Source: Rebecca billardiae RCC1528
Lineage: Eukaryota > Protista > Haptophyta
Length of the DNA: 64,000 nucleotides
Direction: 5' to 3'
Assembly (NCBI GenBank): GCA_965240325.2
Contig: OZ251244.1
Coordinates: 620,001 to 684,000 of the forward strand
Below, piece by piece: positions 20,948-33,279 of the stretch. Both the position numbers and the translations under genes were made by a program. Positions within the stretch are counted from its first letter, which is position 1. Each line of letters opens with the position of its first letter. The notes below the pieces were generated by a model. That model worked only from the letters and a program-made list of their open reading frames with translations. It was not told the origin of the DNA and ran no database searches.

Positions 20948-21670
20948 ATGTCGGCGGCTTCCGCTCGCGAGGCCGACGGCGCGCGAAATGGTGCGGACAA
21001 ACACGCAGCCGAAGCCAATGCACCCAAGGCGATCGGCCCAGCGCCTGCGCGCGACAGGTCAACGCTGGCCTCGTGCTTCATCTGCCTTGAGGGCGACGAG
21101 GAGTCGCAGCAGCCGCTGATCACGGGCATCTGTGCATGCAAGGAGCTGCACGTGCACGCGGACTGCCTGGAGTCCATGGTGAACACAGGGACGCGCGGCG
21201 CGCAGAAGCTGCAGGAACGCCTGCTCTGCCCCGTCTGTCGAGAGCCGTACAAAGTCGGCTTCCAGGCGAGAAGGGTCGAGACCGAGAGCCGCAACACGCG
21301 GCGTACGATGCTGCTCCGATTGGCACGCGCGACGCTCGCGATGTCGTGCGCAGTGCAATTCGCGGCGGTGTGCTACCTGGGCACCTTCGAACGGGGCGAC
21401 AGTCTGCGCATGAGCTGGGGCACTCTGGCGGCAGAGGCGGCGATACTGCTGTCCATTTGCATACAGGCATCCGCTGCGTACGCCTGTGGCTCCCGGCTCA
21501 CCGGCGCGGACGGGACTGATGGTGCCCGGCGCGCGATGGTGATCGTCTGGCCGCCTGGCCGTGGAGTAGACTCTGCAGGGATGCGGAGACCAAGCAGCGT
21601 TCGGACTTCGCGCGCACCGGCGACAGCAGCAGCAGCTTCGCCGGTCGCTGGGACGACAGCACCTGCCTGA
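20948..21670 (+). CDS. RINGv (C4HC3) MARCH-type membrane E3 ubiquitin ligase-like protein
   Basis: CFIC...CAC...HVHADCL...CPVC followed by two hydrophobic helices. Confidence 0.85.
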   Translation: MSAASAREADGARNGADKHAAEANAPKAIGPAPARDRSTLASCFICLEGDEESQQPLITGICACKELHVHADCLESMVNTGTRGAQKLQERLLCPVCREPYKVGFQARRVETESRNTRRTMLLRLARATLAMSCAVQFAAVCYLGTFERGDSLRMSWGTLAAEAAILLSICIQASAAYACGSRLTGADGTDGARRAMVIVWPPGRGVDSAGMRRPSSVRTSRAPATAAAASPVAGTTAPA

Positions 21671-21828
21671 TGACTCGACTCACGACAGTCACTCACACTG
21701 ACACGGTCCGCGGGCTGCCGGCGCATCAATCAGGCCAGACGCTGCAGTCTGAGACTGAGTCTGCTGAGACTGAGTGCTAGCTGATATATCGGCTCATCGG
21801 CCCGCGGGCGGATATATTATCACGAACA

Positions 21829-21851
21829 CATATATATATATATATATACTT

Positions 21852-21886
<35 letters not shown>
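21829..21886. repeat. (TA)n microsatellite
   Basis: Long tatata tract. Confidence 0.95.
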
Positions 21887-21890
<4 letters not shown>

Positions 21891-22873
21891 ATGATGTAGT
21901 AACAGTTTACTATGATTTAACGTGCACACTTCACTTGGTTAAGGCGTGATTAACGCCATCCAACACTGCACAAAGACACCGCCACAAAACAGACCGGCGC
22001 AGGCAGGTGAGGGGCGCGTTGCCGCACCTCATCGAGGCGGCCATTGCAGCAAGCGGCCGCCCCGCGCTCGGAGGCACGCGCTCGAGAGCGCGCTCTGACA
22101 CCACACGGGGAGGGTGCTGCACCTGGATGTTGTATCCCAGCCACCTCGAGAGTGCAGCCACGCCAAACACCTGCCTGCGCTGTGAGCGACGCCGCGTGAG
22201 TTATTCTATATATATTTACTGGCGGCTCTGTCTCCGACAGTCTCCGTGCTCGTCCGTCCGGACTCGTCCGTGTCACCTGCTCGTCGCTATTAATAGTATT
22301 ATTATTTCGCGTAGTCTCTCTCTATAGTTACGCGTCTCAGCGGCCGTACCGTACCCGCCCATAGCCCATAGGCGACTCAGCACGTAACACGTGCGGTATC
22401 GGGCCGACGGGCGGCTAAAGTCTATAGAGTATAGTCGTACGGTATAGCGGACCGGTAGTCTGGTAGGCTCACTGTCACTCATCACTGTGACGCCAAATCT
22501 CAGACTCTCCGAGCACGGTGATGCATGAAAATGTAGCAGCGTTAAGTTCACTGCGGGGCACATATCTGATATCACCTGAGGGCCAGGCCTTCTGTGTGAT
22601 AAGCTACCCCAGTCATGCCGCTTGATACACACCTTCCCCAACCGACAGTGGGGCTCTACATTCCCTACTACTCATCCGTCATCGGAACCGCGTAGTCCGT
22701 TACCGTACATCCTCATCCCGTCGGCGCGCTGTCGCATCGGCGCCCCGAGTCGGCGAGTTCGGACCGGACGACCACAGTGCGCTAACCGCCACCGAAAGTT
22801 GAATTGGCAGAATCGGCCGATTCCGCGATCAGGGACGTTTTCGCGGAGGCCGGCCGCCATCGCTGGCGCAGCC

Positions 22874-23590
22874 ATCCGCGCGCGAACACGCGCGCGCAGC
22901 GACGCCAGCCGCATGGCGTGCGCCAAGACGGGGGGCGGCTGAGTTCTGCATCGCCTACGCTCGTTCGGGCTCGCGGGTCATGCCTCCCATCGCGGCCGCC
23001 TCCGTCCGCCTTTGACCAGAGTGCGCGTGCAGGTGCGCCAGCAGTCTGCGACATTGCCTCCCGCGCGCCGCGCCACACCGCGGCTGACAGGGGGGTCTAG
23101 GAGGGAATCGCAGAAAGTTACGTGGCTGAAATTGTTCGGTGGACACGCATCATCAAAGGTAGCACAGCTGCGTTTCGCCGTTGACGAGCTGCACCCCCCC
23201 TCAATTCGCGGGCTCCCCGCGGACGCTTTGCGAGCAGGAACATCTGAAATCCGCACGCGAACATGCGCGCGCAGAGACGCCAGCCGCATGGCGTGCGCCA
23301 GAACAGGGGGCGGCTGAGTTCTGCATCACCTACGCTCGTTCGGGCTCGCGGGTCATGCCTCCCATCGCGGCCGCCTCCGTCCGCCTCTGACCGGAGTGCG
23401 CGTGCCGGGTGCTCGGCAGCCTGCGCCCGCACCTCGCGCGCGCCGCGCCACACGGCGGCTGACAGCGGGGTCTAGGAGGGAATCGCAGAAAGTTACGTGG
23501 CTGAAATTGTTCGGTGTACACGCATGACCAAGTGCATCACAGCTGCGTTCCACCATTCACGAGCTGCACCCCCTTCCATTTGCGGGCGCG
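22874..23590 (+). repeat. Tandem direct duplication, period 375 bp, about 2 copies
   Basis: atccgcg/acgcgaaca... starts at 22874 and 23249. The block ggtctaggagggaatcgcagaaagttacgtggctgaaattgttcggtg is present in both copies. Confidence 0.9.
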
Positions 23591-25558
23591 CCGCTGCCGC
23601 GCTCGCGCAGGCGCATGGGATGGCACGTGTTGGCTCGATCATCGGGATCAAGCGGGCTGCGCAGGCAGTGGGCTGGCGTACGAGCTCACTACACGCGCAG
23701 TGTCAGAATACGCTGCATCAGGTGTGCCCCGTCGGCTTTGCTGCTGAGCATACGGCACACGACGGGCACTCGAGCAGTGTGGCTGGCGATGAGCCCGAGC
23801 ATCCCAGCTGGCATGCGAGTGGCTTACTGGGCGCAGCTGATGCACGAACACCCTGCGTTGCACACCGAAGGTGCCAGAAGCACGCGTTCTTGCCATCCAG
23901 TCGTATCGTCCGGCCCCCATGCGCTCAAGACGGGGGAGGAGATCTGCACGCGTACGCGCGCGCTGCCGATTCCCGAGGAGCGCATCTGGGCGCTCGGGTT
24001 GCCTCCACAGGGGCACCTGAGCTTGACTCGAGGGCTGAGTGGAGCAGGCGCCGAAAGACGCACGACGAGTGGCCGGCGTGATTGTCTGGGGTCTCCTCGT
24101 GGCGCGCTTGCACGTTTTCGGCGCATCACCACTGTGCTGACTTTGCGGCGGCGCCCCGACCGCGCCCCGAGTGACCGTGTCATCGGCTGACCCGCTGACT
24201 GCACCAGTGCACCGTAGTCCCGGTACGTCCGTACCAGGCGCAGCTGAGACTCGCGCAGAGTAGCGCGGCGCCTATGGCTATAGCCCGGTCGTAGCTTGCG
24301 CGTATAGGAGTAGCAGTTGTCGTCATGCGACCTGCTCGCCTGCTGCGCTAATAAAATTTGATGACTGGCCGACCGCGGACCAAACCTGTGCACACGCAGC
24401 AGGATTCCACTTCCAGCGACGCGGGCAGCGTGCCCGCGCGTCGACCCGACGGCCAGCAGTCAGCTCGCGTCGCGTCGGCGGACGGCTGGCTGGCGGATGA
24501 GTCGGCAGGCTTGGGGAGCCCGCGGGCGCGGCACGCCACGCCGATTGCATGCTGCTGTAGTTGCGCATCGCCTCTTCGTAGACGCGCTGCCTCACTCTCA
24601 GCTGAGCTCGGGCCGCCGGGTGCGACGACGGCTGGCGGGAGCCGCTGACAGTGACGTCATCGGACGACCGACCGCGAACTCCGACCTGGCTGACGGCAGC
24701 GCGAGCAGCGCAGCACGGCGCGGCGCGATGCGATCTGCGGCGTGACGTGGCGGTGGGCCCGCGTGACACGCTGCCAGCGCCACTGGCGCGCGAGACCCCG
24801 CCCCGTCTCCGCAGCGCCGCGCTCACATGTGACCACGACCTGCACAACACGGGCCGTGGTCAGAAAGCCGTCGCGCGCGTGTTCATTTACGCGGCACCTT
24901 GGTGCTGAGCGCCAGCCGAGAGGTAGTGGCGACGACGACAGCCACTCCAGGTCGATGTGCACCTGCGTCTGTGCCCGGGTGCCGCTGGGATGCGATTGAG
25001 GATGAGATTGCGGCAGCATGCCCTGATATGAGCAGCGGTCAGTTTGGAGAGCGTGAGTCGTGCCAGCACACGAGAGTAGACGTGCACGTTTCGAGCAGCC
25101 GAGCTGGACCATGAAAGTCGGGAAACCAGCGCGCATGCCGCGCACCCGAAAGAGCCGACCATCTCCGCATGCTCAGAGCAGCCGGCGGCGCGCTCGCAGA
25201 GTCGCTTCGGAGTCGCTTTGCGGCCGTCTCGGCGCGTGTCATGTGGAGCTGCTCTCGAGGCGAAGGAGGAGGAAGGCGTTGATCAGCGCCGCTGAAGACT
25301 AGGACTAGGCTCTCTCGCGAGGTCCGCCGCGCGGTCTACGCCGCCGATCACGGCCTCTTGAGGACGGTCGGCCAGCGCGCGCGTCGGCAGCCATCGTGAC
25401 GCCTCTCATTCAACTTTCGGCCCGTGTTAGCGCACTGTGACGTTTTGTGGACGACGACGGTGGGGCGAGGACGACGGGCGCTGGCGCGCCGCGAGGCGGC
25501 CGCAGCCCTCATCCAGGCCTCGCAGGCGGACGGCTGCAGGGCAGTCACTACAAAAAAT

Positions 25559-26235
25559 CCCCGCCAGCGGAGCATCGGGCAAGACCCAGACCCTCCGCCG
25601 GCGGAGATTTTTGTGGCCACGAAAAATCCCCGCTGGCGGAGCATGGAATGCTCCGCTGGCGGAGCCTGGGCTTGCAGGATTGACACAACAAACTAGTTAC
25701 CAGAAGTCTGTCAACCACCGAACAGCAGTCACCTCCGCTGGTGGAGCTCGCTAATGAGCCATGCCTTTGTAAACTAATACACTCGGCACTTGAACTGAGC
25801 TCCGCTGGCGGAGCTTCGGGGGCGCCGAATGCCATTCTTGATTGACCCACCTGACTTGAACTGAGCTCCGCTGGCGGAGCGTTGGTGGTCAGCGCCGTGT
25901 GTCATATTGGAGAAATAATGCTAATAAGCCTTTCAACGCATTCATACTCTGCTGTGCCACACATTTTCAACCTCCGCTGGCGGAGCTCACTGGCCTATTC
26001 GACTTGAACTGAGCTCCACTGGTGGAGCCTCGGCTGCGCCGAATGTCCTTAATCGATGACCCACTCTCGACTTGAGCTGAGCTCCCCTGGCGGAGCTTTG
26101 GTGGCGCCGCATGCCATATTGGAGTAACGCGGAAGCGTCAACCGTAGTCATATCTATATTGAGACTCAACCTCCGCTGGCGGAGCTCGTGTACCTACTAG
26201 TATTCAACTTTAACTGAGCTCCGCTGGCGGAGCCT
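25559..26235. repeat. Array of palindromes (AG)CTCCGCTGGCGGAG(CT), left arm outer part, about 12 copies
   Basis: Direct reading; mirrored at about 34210-34910. Confidence 0.95.
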
Positions 26236-26252
26236 CAGCGGCTGTGTCGAAT

Positions 26253-28658
26253 AGACCCCTTCAGGGACGGTTACGGCAGCCATGCTGACCCAGACCAGCG
26301 CAGGTCGTCTCGGGGTACGCTGGTGGCGTCTGGATGCCCGGCGAGCACCTTGCTGCGGCGTCGACGTGCTAGCCGACGGGCGTTAAGGACTTGTTGAAGG
26401 ACTTGGCGCCCGTCTCGGAGGTGATCGGCGTTGATGACCTCGCTGGTAAGGTGTTCGCCGTCGACGCGAGCATCTGGATCCACCAGCTCGCCGCTGTCCG
26501 TGCTGATGTGCTCGAGGCGGGTGATTATCCAACGCGGCCTCTTCTTGTCGCGCGCGCGACGGCCCCATCACATGGGGCTGATTGCACAAGGTTGCCTGCG
26601 CGATAGTTTTGCGACCGCGTTAGACTCGGCTGCTCGGAGCGATGCTGCGAATACGTGTGCGCGCCTGTCAACAGCGGGGCAATCCTTCACCACGCGACCC
26701 TACTGGTTTCTGCGTGGGAACGATGGCGCAAGGGCAAGACCACGCCCACCAGTGACATCTGTAGCCTAGCGATCAGCCAGCTGTTCGGCGCGTGCCACGT
26801 GGCTGGCGCTGCTGCACCGCCAGCGGCGCGCGGGCTGCGCTGTCACCGCACGGCAGCAGCTGTGGCTGCGACACACCGGTCGAGCCGCGACACGGTGCCT
26901 GCTGGCCCATGGCTGCCCATGCGCGGATTCGTGCACAGCCACGACACGGTATGGCAGGGCCGCTTGATCTGCTCGCGCGAGAGCCTTTGGGTGCCAGCTA
27001 GCGGGGGCGCCGCACACGCGCCCGGTCGCGCTGCGCAGCAGACGGGTGCAGTGTTGCGGGTGCCGAGGGCTGCGCACGCATCGCACGCGTTGCTGTGCGC
27101 TGCTCGCGGGTGCTCGTGGGTGCTCGCTCAGGCGCGTGGACCGTCAGGCCACCCAGCGGCCGACGCGCCTCGTCCGCTGCCGCGAGCAGCCCCGCGCTGG
27201 CGACTGGCGATGCCCGTCTGCAGCAGGTTGGCGGTGCATCGGACGGCGCGCGCCCGGCGAGTGCCCTCAGCGGCATGCTGCTGGACGGTGCACGCCAGGG
27301 TTGGCCCCCACGCGAATATGAATCGCTCCTGGCAGGCTGGTAGCTTGTAGAGATGGACGACAAACTGCGCCGGGCGGGGCCGCGCTCGGCTCCTCGGCCG
27401 AGAATCACAGCGTGTCGCCGCACTGCATGTCTCTCACCGATCCGCACTGGATCACAGTGCACGGCCGCCCGCGGAGCGCCGCAGACAGCCCTTAGACTGG
27501 ATGCAGCGCGGCAGGTGTTTAACAAAACTGAGTAGAGAGCGCGGCAGCACCGCGCGCGCGCACGGTGCAAGCAGCACGCGTACTCGCCGGATGCCCTTAC
27601 CCCCACGTGCGCGTGCACGCCCGCAGTGCGGTCTCACTGAGTGACCTAATTCGCGCCGGAGTGTTTGGCTCCGCGTATACAATGAGCACTACGTAGTTCG
27701 GCTGGCACAGGGCAGGCAGCTCCGCTCACGCCTGACGGGCGGTGGTGCCGTGGCGCGGCGCGGCGTGGCTGAGATTTCGCTCAATGATAGGAGTAGGCAG
27801 CACGCTGATGCTGCGCCACCGCCGCAGCGGCGTGGAACCCCGCGGTATTACCCACACGAGTGTGCATATAAGCACTACATCACGGCCTGCACAGCAGCAG
27901 CGGTAGTGCACGACTCTAGCTGAAGCCGAGTGTGTCACACCGTCTGTCAAGACTGATGTGTGACGCGCACGACCCCTGAAGTGACGGCACTGACAGTGAC
28001 TGACGCACACACTACGACGATGAGTAGTAAAACAAATTCCGAGCCGCGCTTTCGCGGATGCACTGATGATGCTGAGTTGGTGCCACTGAGATCATGAAGC
28101 GCGAGGCCCCGAAGCATACCCGCACGAGTGCGCACGAGCTGGCCACGGCTCAGATTCGAGCTATCCGTTCGGCCGCACGCTCGCAACGGCAATGGCAGCG
28201 TGTGCGGCGGTATAGTGGCCCCAGTGCATGCTACTCGACGGCGCGTGGCGCGAGAGCGTTGCAACGTACCCGGCGCCACGCACCAGCCGAACTGCCCCCG
28301 CCCACGCACCCCGTCTCACACACCTCGCCCAACCTGACTCCAGTACGCGCCGTCACGGCCGAACCAAACGGCCGAGCAGCAACTACTGAGTGCAGCTGGT
28401 CGTGGGTGCGCGTGGTGGTCGAGACGAGCACACTCGAGCGGGATCAGCGGGCCGGCGGCAGCGCCAACAGTCGCACAAGCATCGACCTGTCCCACAGGGC
28501 AGGTCGCCCCCTCGTGGCTTCTGGCTCTGCGAGCTCGGCCGCCGCGCATGCTCACCCTCATTGAGGCCCCGAGACGCCCAGCGTACCCCGAGACGCTCCT
28601 CGAGACGGGCTGCGAACCGACATCAGCATGGCTGCCGTAACCGTCCCTGAAGGGGTCT
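26253..28658 (+). mobile_element. 2.4-kb DNA transposon with 36-bp perfect TIRs and AT target duplication (ISL2EU/PHIS-like), nested in the left arm of the foldback
   Basis: TIR AGACCCCTTCAGGGACGGTTACGGCAGCCATGCTGA at 26253-26288 and its reverse complement at 28623-28658. AT at 26251-26252 and 28659-28660. The empty site GTCGAATGTCC is preserved in the right arm (about 34196-34206, reverse). Confidence 0.9.
26376..26770 (+). pseudogene. Degenerate Exo1/XPG/FEN1 N-terminal nuclease fragment plus a SWIM-like remnant
   Basis: (ACG in place of ATG)GVKDLLKDLAP...VDDLAGKVFAVDASIWIHQ matches the XPG-N consensus MGIxGLLxxL...LxGKxxAIDASxWL. Downstream CEYVCAPVNSGAILHHATLL...TPTSDICS. Confidence 0.7.
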
Positions 28659-28689
28659 ATGTCCTTATCGATGGCCGACGTCTTGACTT

Positions 28690-29585
28690 GAGCTGAGCTC
28701 CGCTGGCGGAGCTTTGGTGGCGCCGCATGCCATTTATGGGAATAATGTGAAGCCGTTAACCATAATCATATCCATATTGACACTCAACCTCCGCTGGCGG
28801 AGCTCACGGACCTATTCGACTTGAGCTGAGCTCCGCTGGCGGAGCTTTGGTGGCGCCGCATATCATATTGGAGTAATGCGCGAAGCCGTCAACCGTAATC
28901 ATATCCATATTGATACTCAACCTCCGCTGGCGGTGCTCACGGACCTATTCGACTTGAACTGAGCTCCGCTGGCGGAGCCTCGGCTCCGCCGAATGTCCTT
29001 ATCGATGGCCCACGTCTTGACTTGAGCTGAGCTCCGCTGGCGGAGCTTTGGTGGCGCCGCATGTCATATTGTAGTAATGCAAAGCCGTTAACTACCGTAA
29101 TCATATCCATATTGACACTCAACCTCCGCTGGCGGAGCTCGCGGGCCTATTCAACTTGAACTGAGCTCCGCTGGCGGAGCCTCGGCTGCGCCGAATGTCC
29201 TTATCGATGGCCCACTTGACTTGAGCTGAGCTCCGCTGGCGGAGCTTTGGTGGCGCCGCATGTCATATTGGAGTAATGCAACGCCGTTAACTACCGTAAT
29301 CATATCCATATTGACACTCAACCTCCGCTGGCGGAGCTCGCGGGCCTATTCAACTTGAACTGAGCTCCGCTGGCGGAGCCTCGGCTGCGCCGAATGTCCT
29401 TATCGATGATGGCCCACGACTTGACTTGAGCTGAGCTCCGCTGGCGGAGCTTTGGTGGCGCCGAATGTCATATTGGAGTAATGCGAAGTCGTTAACCGTA
29501 ATACTATCCATATTGACACTCAACCTCCGCTGGCGGAGCTCACGGACGTATTCAACTTGAACTGAGCTCCGCTGGCGGAGCCTCT
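28690..29585. repeat. Palindrome array, left arm inner part, about 14 copies in a roughly 200-bp three-palindrome higher-order unit
   Basis: The three intervening sequences recur periodically. Confidence 0.95.
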
Positions 29586-30224
29586 GCTTGTGGTTTGCTG
29601 CAATTGGGGCTGGGCAGCCTGGGCTCAGCATGGGGCAGCTGTTCACAGCCCAGGCGGGGCGTCACCGCCTGTGAGCCGTCGGTGGGCAGGGCCGACGGCG
29701 TCGCAGAGCTCATGCGTGGGAGCAGCGCGTCGAGGAAGCGATCAAGGTCGAGAAGGAAGGGGCAAGCAGCAGGGGCTGCCTGTACGTTTGTACATGCCTC
29801 CACACCGGTGCACATCACCCTTGCTCACTGCAGTCGTGAACAGTGCTGCCACTCATCTCATCATCGCTCACCATGCAGTGACGGCCGAGCTGCGGCGAAC
29901 TCTCACAGGCACCGAACACGCATCGGCTGTGCCCGCTGGTGCTGGCATGCGCTGTCCTCTACTTGCTGTCGGACAGCAAGGAGACGGCACAGCCGCATCT
30001 GCGAGCGGGCGAGGTGATGCTGTCCAGTGTCCTCTGCTCAGCGAGGCTGAGAGGCTGAGCACGGATCACGGATAGTGAGCCCTGGTATCTCAACGCATCC
30101 AGGAGAGCAGTTGGTGCATGCCTGTGCTCAGACGTGCAGGACCAACCATCCGGTGCTGATTCAAGCACCCGCGCCAACAGCGGCGGCACTCAACTCCACG
30201 CTGCTGATGCGGCCGCACAGCTGC

Positions 30225-32640
30225 AGGGATGGTACCACGGCGGGCTGCGGCAGGCGCTGCAGCTGGCAGCTCGGTGGTGCGCGCCCGAGGGGCCTGGGCG
30301 CTGGGCGCAGCGAGCGCGGTGACGTTGCTCGCCTCGCCCAGCGCGCTGGAGCCGCTGCCACCGGGCGCTGCTGTGCCCGCGTCGAGCGTGGGCTGCCGCA
30401 GCTGCGCTCGACTCCGCGCCGAGTGCGGTGGCAGCAGGGATGTTGCCACGTCGGGCGGCGGCTATCACTTTGGCTGGCAGCTCGGTGGTGCCTGCCCGAG
30501 GGGCCTGGGCGGTGGACGCACCGAGCGCGGTGACGTTGCTCGCCTCGCCCAGCGCGCTGGAGCCGTTTGCCATCCGGCGCTGCGGTGTCCGCGCCCAGCC
30601 GGAGCAGCACGAGGTGCGCTCGACTCCGCACCCGTGCGGCGGCAGCAGCAGGGATTGTACCACGGCGAGCGGCGGCAGTCGCTGCAGCTGGTAGCTCGGC
30701 GGTGCCTGCCCAAGGGGCCTGGGCGACGGACGCGCCGAGCGAGCTGACGCCCCTCGCTTCCCCTATCACGCTCGAGCCGCTGCCATTTGATGCTGCTGAA
30801 CCGTTCGGGCAGCTGCGGACTGTGCGCTCGACTCCACGCCGCGTGCGGCCGCAGGCAGCAGCAGCAGCAGGCTGGTAATTAACAGCTGCTGCTCAGATCT
30901 CCGTGACTGCTCGGTTGCTGCGTATGAGCCAGGTGAGTGAGCCGCTGAGTCGCAGGGGCCGCGTGAATTGACTTGCGACCGCACGCCGGTATAGGCTTAA
31001 GACGGCGTACGTCCGAGTCCCGATCAGCAGCGCAGGAGTTTTGAGAACGCGGTGACGAGTCACACGCAGCTACTCTTATTATGATGGCGCTATACTTTTT
31101 TCTGTACGTAGTAGTAATAGGTTACGACTACGCTGCCGGCCTCGCCCTCAGCATTACATTGACGGCGTATGGTAGCGCAGGTCCGCCTGATGACCGTTTT
31201 ATTGCGCATCTTCATGATGATGATGACGATATGACGATAACGACTCCTCCGACTCCTGAGTCACATAAGTGTGACACCGCCACTGGATGACACTGGATGA
31301 CACGGGCTACTTACGTACTCAGCTCAGATCATGCGCGCCTGCTACTCGTAGTCGGGCTCCGGTCAGCGGGGAGCGCGCGGCGCATCATCATCATCAGTCG
31401 CTATCTGATGCATATCCGCGGCGCAGTGATGTCGTAGTACTGATGATGCGTGCGCTGAGATCTGGGCCGCGGCACTTCGGCGCGCCTTGCTCGGCCTCAC
31501 CGACGCCGGGCCGTACTTGTTCGCGCGCCCGGCGCCGGGCTAGCTCAAAGAGCTGACCGCAGCGGCCCCCGTGCCCCGGAAGGCCTGCGGCCCTCACAGG
31601 TCATTGGCAGGCAGCAGTGTCCGGGGCTGAGGCCTGCCGGGTTCTCCCCGATTCGAATTCACCAATGTGACCGATGGTACCGCCTGCTGCCGTCAGCCGG
31701 CGGAAGAAGTGTCACAACGGCTGCTGCTGGCCAGCATATCGGATGCGTGCATCGGCGTCACCGCATTGGGCGCGTCTGCCGCCCAGGCCCCTCGCGCGCA
31801 CACAACCGAGCTGATCGCTGCATCCACCTCCGCCGCCGCCAGTGGCGCCTTCCCTGCTGCTGCAGCCACACTCGGCGCGGAGTCGAGCGCAGCTGCTGCT
31901 GCCTAGGCCGGTCACGCCCCTCGGGCGCGCACCACCGAGCTGCCAGCTGCATCGACCGCCACCACCCGCCGAGGCATCATCCCTCCCACTGGCGCGGAGT
32001 CGAGCGCAGCTGCCAGCTGTGACAGCTAGCTGCCCCGGCGGGGCGCGGAGCCGCGGACACCGCAGCGCCGGATGGCAGCGGCTCCAGCGCGCTGGGCGAG
32101 GCGAGCAACGTCATCGCGCTCGGTGCGTCCACCGCCCAGGCCCCTCGGGCAGGCACCACCGAGCTGCCAGCCAAAGTGATAGCCGCCGCCCGCGTGGTAC
32201 CATCCCTGCTGCTGCCGCCGCACTCGGCGAGGAGTTGAGTGCAGCTGCGGCAGCCCAAGCTGGGCGCGGGCAGCGCAGCGCGCGATGGCAGCGGCTCCAG
32301 CGCGCTGGGCGAGGCGAGCAGCGTCACCGCGCTCGCTGTGCCCAGCGCCCAGGCCCCTCGGGCGCGCACCACCGAGCTGCCAGCCGCAGCGCCTGCCGCA
32401 GCCCGCGGTGGCACCAAGTCCCCGCTGCTGCCGCCGCACTCGGCGCGGAGTCGAGCGCAGCTGCTGCAGCCCAAGCTGGGCGCGGGCACAGCAGCGTCGG
32501 ATGACAGCGGCTCCAGCGCGCTGGGCGATGCGAGAGGCGTCATCGCGCTTGGTGCGCCCGGCGCCCAGGCCCCTCGGGCAGGCACCACCGAGCTGCCAGC
32601 TGCAGCGCCCGCCGTCGCCCGCCGTGGTACCATCCCTGCA
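30225..32640. repeat. Degenerate roughly 190-bp GC-rich tandem repeats flanking the foldback centre (30225-30860 and 31740-32640, opposite orientations)
   Basis: Repeated peptide-like unit SSALGEASNVTAL..AQAPRA.TTELPAA in several frames. Confidence 0.8.
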
Positions 32641-33279
32641 GCTGTGCGGCCGCATCAGCAGCGTGGAGTTGAGTGCCGCCGCTGTTGGCGCGGGTGCTTG
32701 AATCAGCACCGGATGGTTGGTCCTGCACGTCTGAGCACAGGCATGCACCAACTGCTCTCCTGGATGCGTTGAGATACCAGGGCTCACTATCCGTGATCCG
32801 TGCTCAGCCTCTCAGCCTCGCTGAGCAGAGGACACTGGACAGCATCACCTCGCCCGCTCGCAGATGCGGCTGTGCCGTCTCCTTGCTGTCCGACAGCAAG
32901 TAGAGGACAGCGCATGCCAGCACCAGCGGGCACAGCCGATGCGTGTTCGGTGCCTGTGAGAGTTCGCCGCAGCTCGGCCGTCACTGCATGGTGAGCGATG
33001 ATGAGATGAGTGGCAGCACTGTTCACGACTGCAGTGAGCAAGGGTGATGTGCACCGGTGTGGAGGCATGTACAAACGTACAGGCAGCCCCTGCTGCTTGC
33101 CCCTTCCTTCTCGACCTTGATCGCTTCCTCGACGCGCTGCTCCCACGCATGAGCTCTGCGACGCCGTCGGCCCTGCCCACCGACGGCTCACAGGCGGTGA
33201 CGCCCCGCCTGGGCTGTGAACAGCTGCCCCATGCTGAGCCCAGGCTGCCCAGCCCCAATTGCAGCAAACCACAAGCAGA

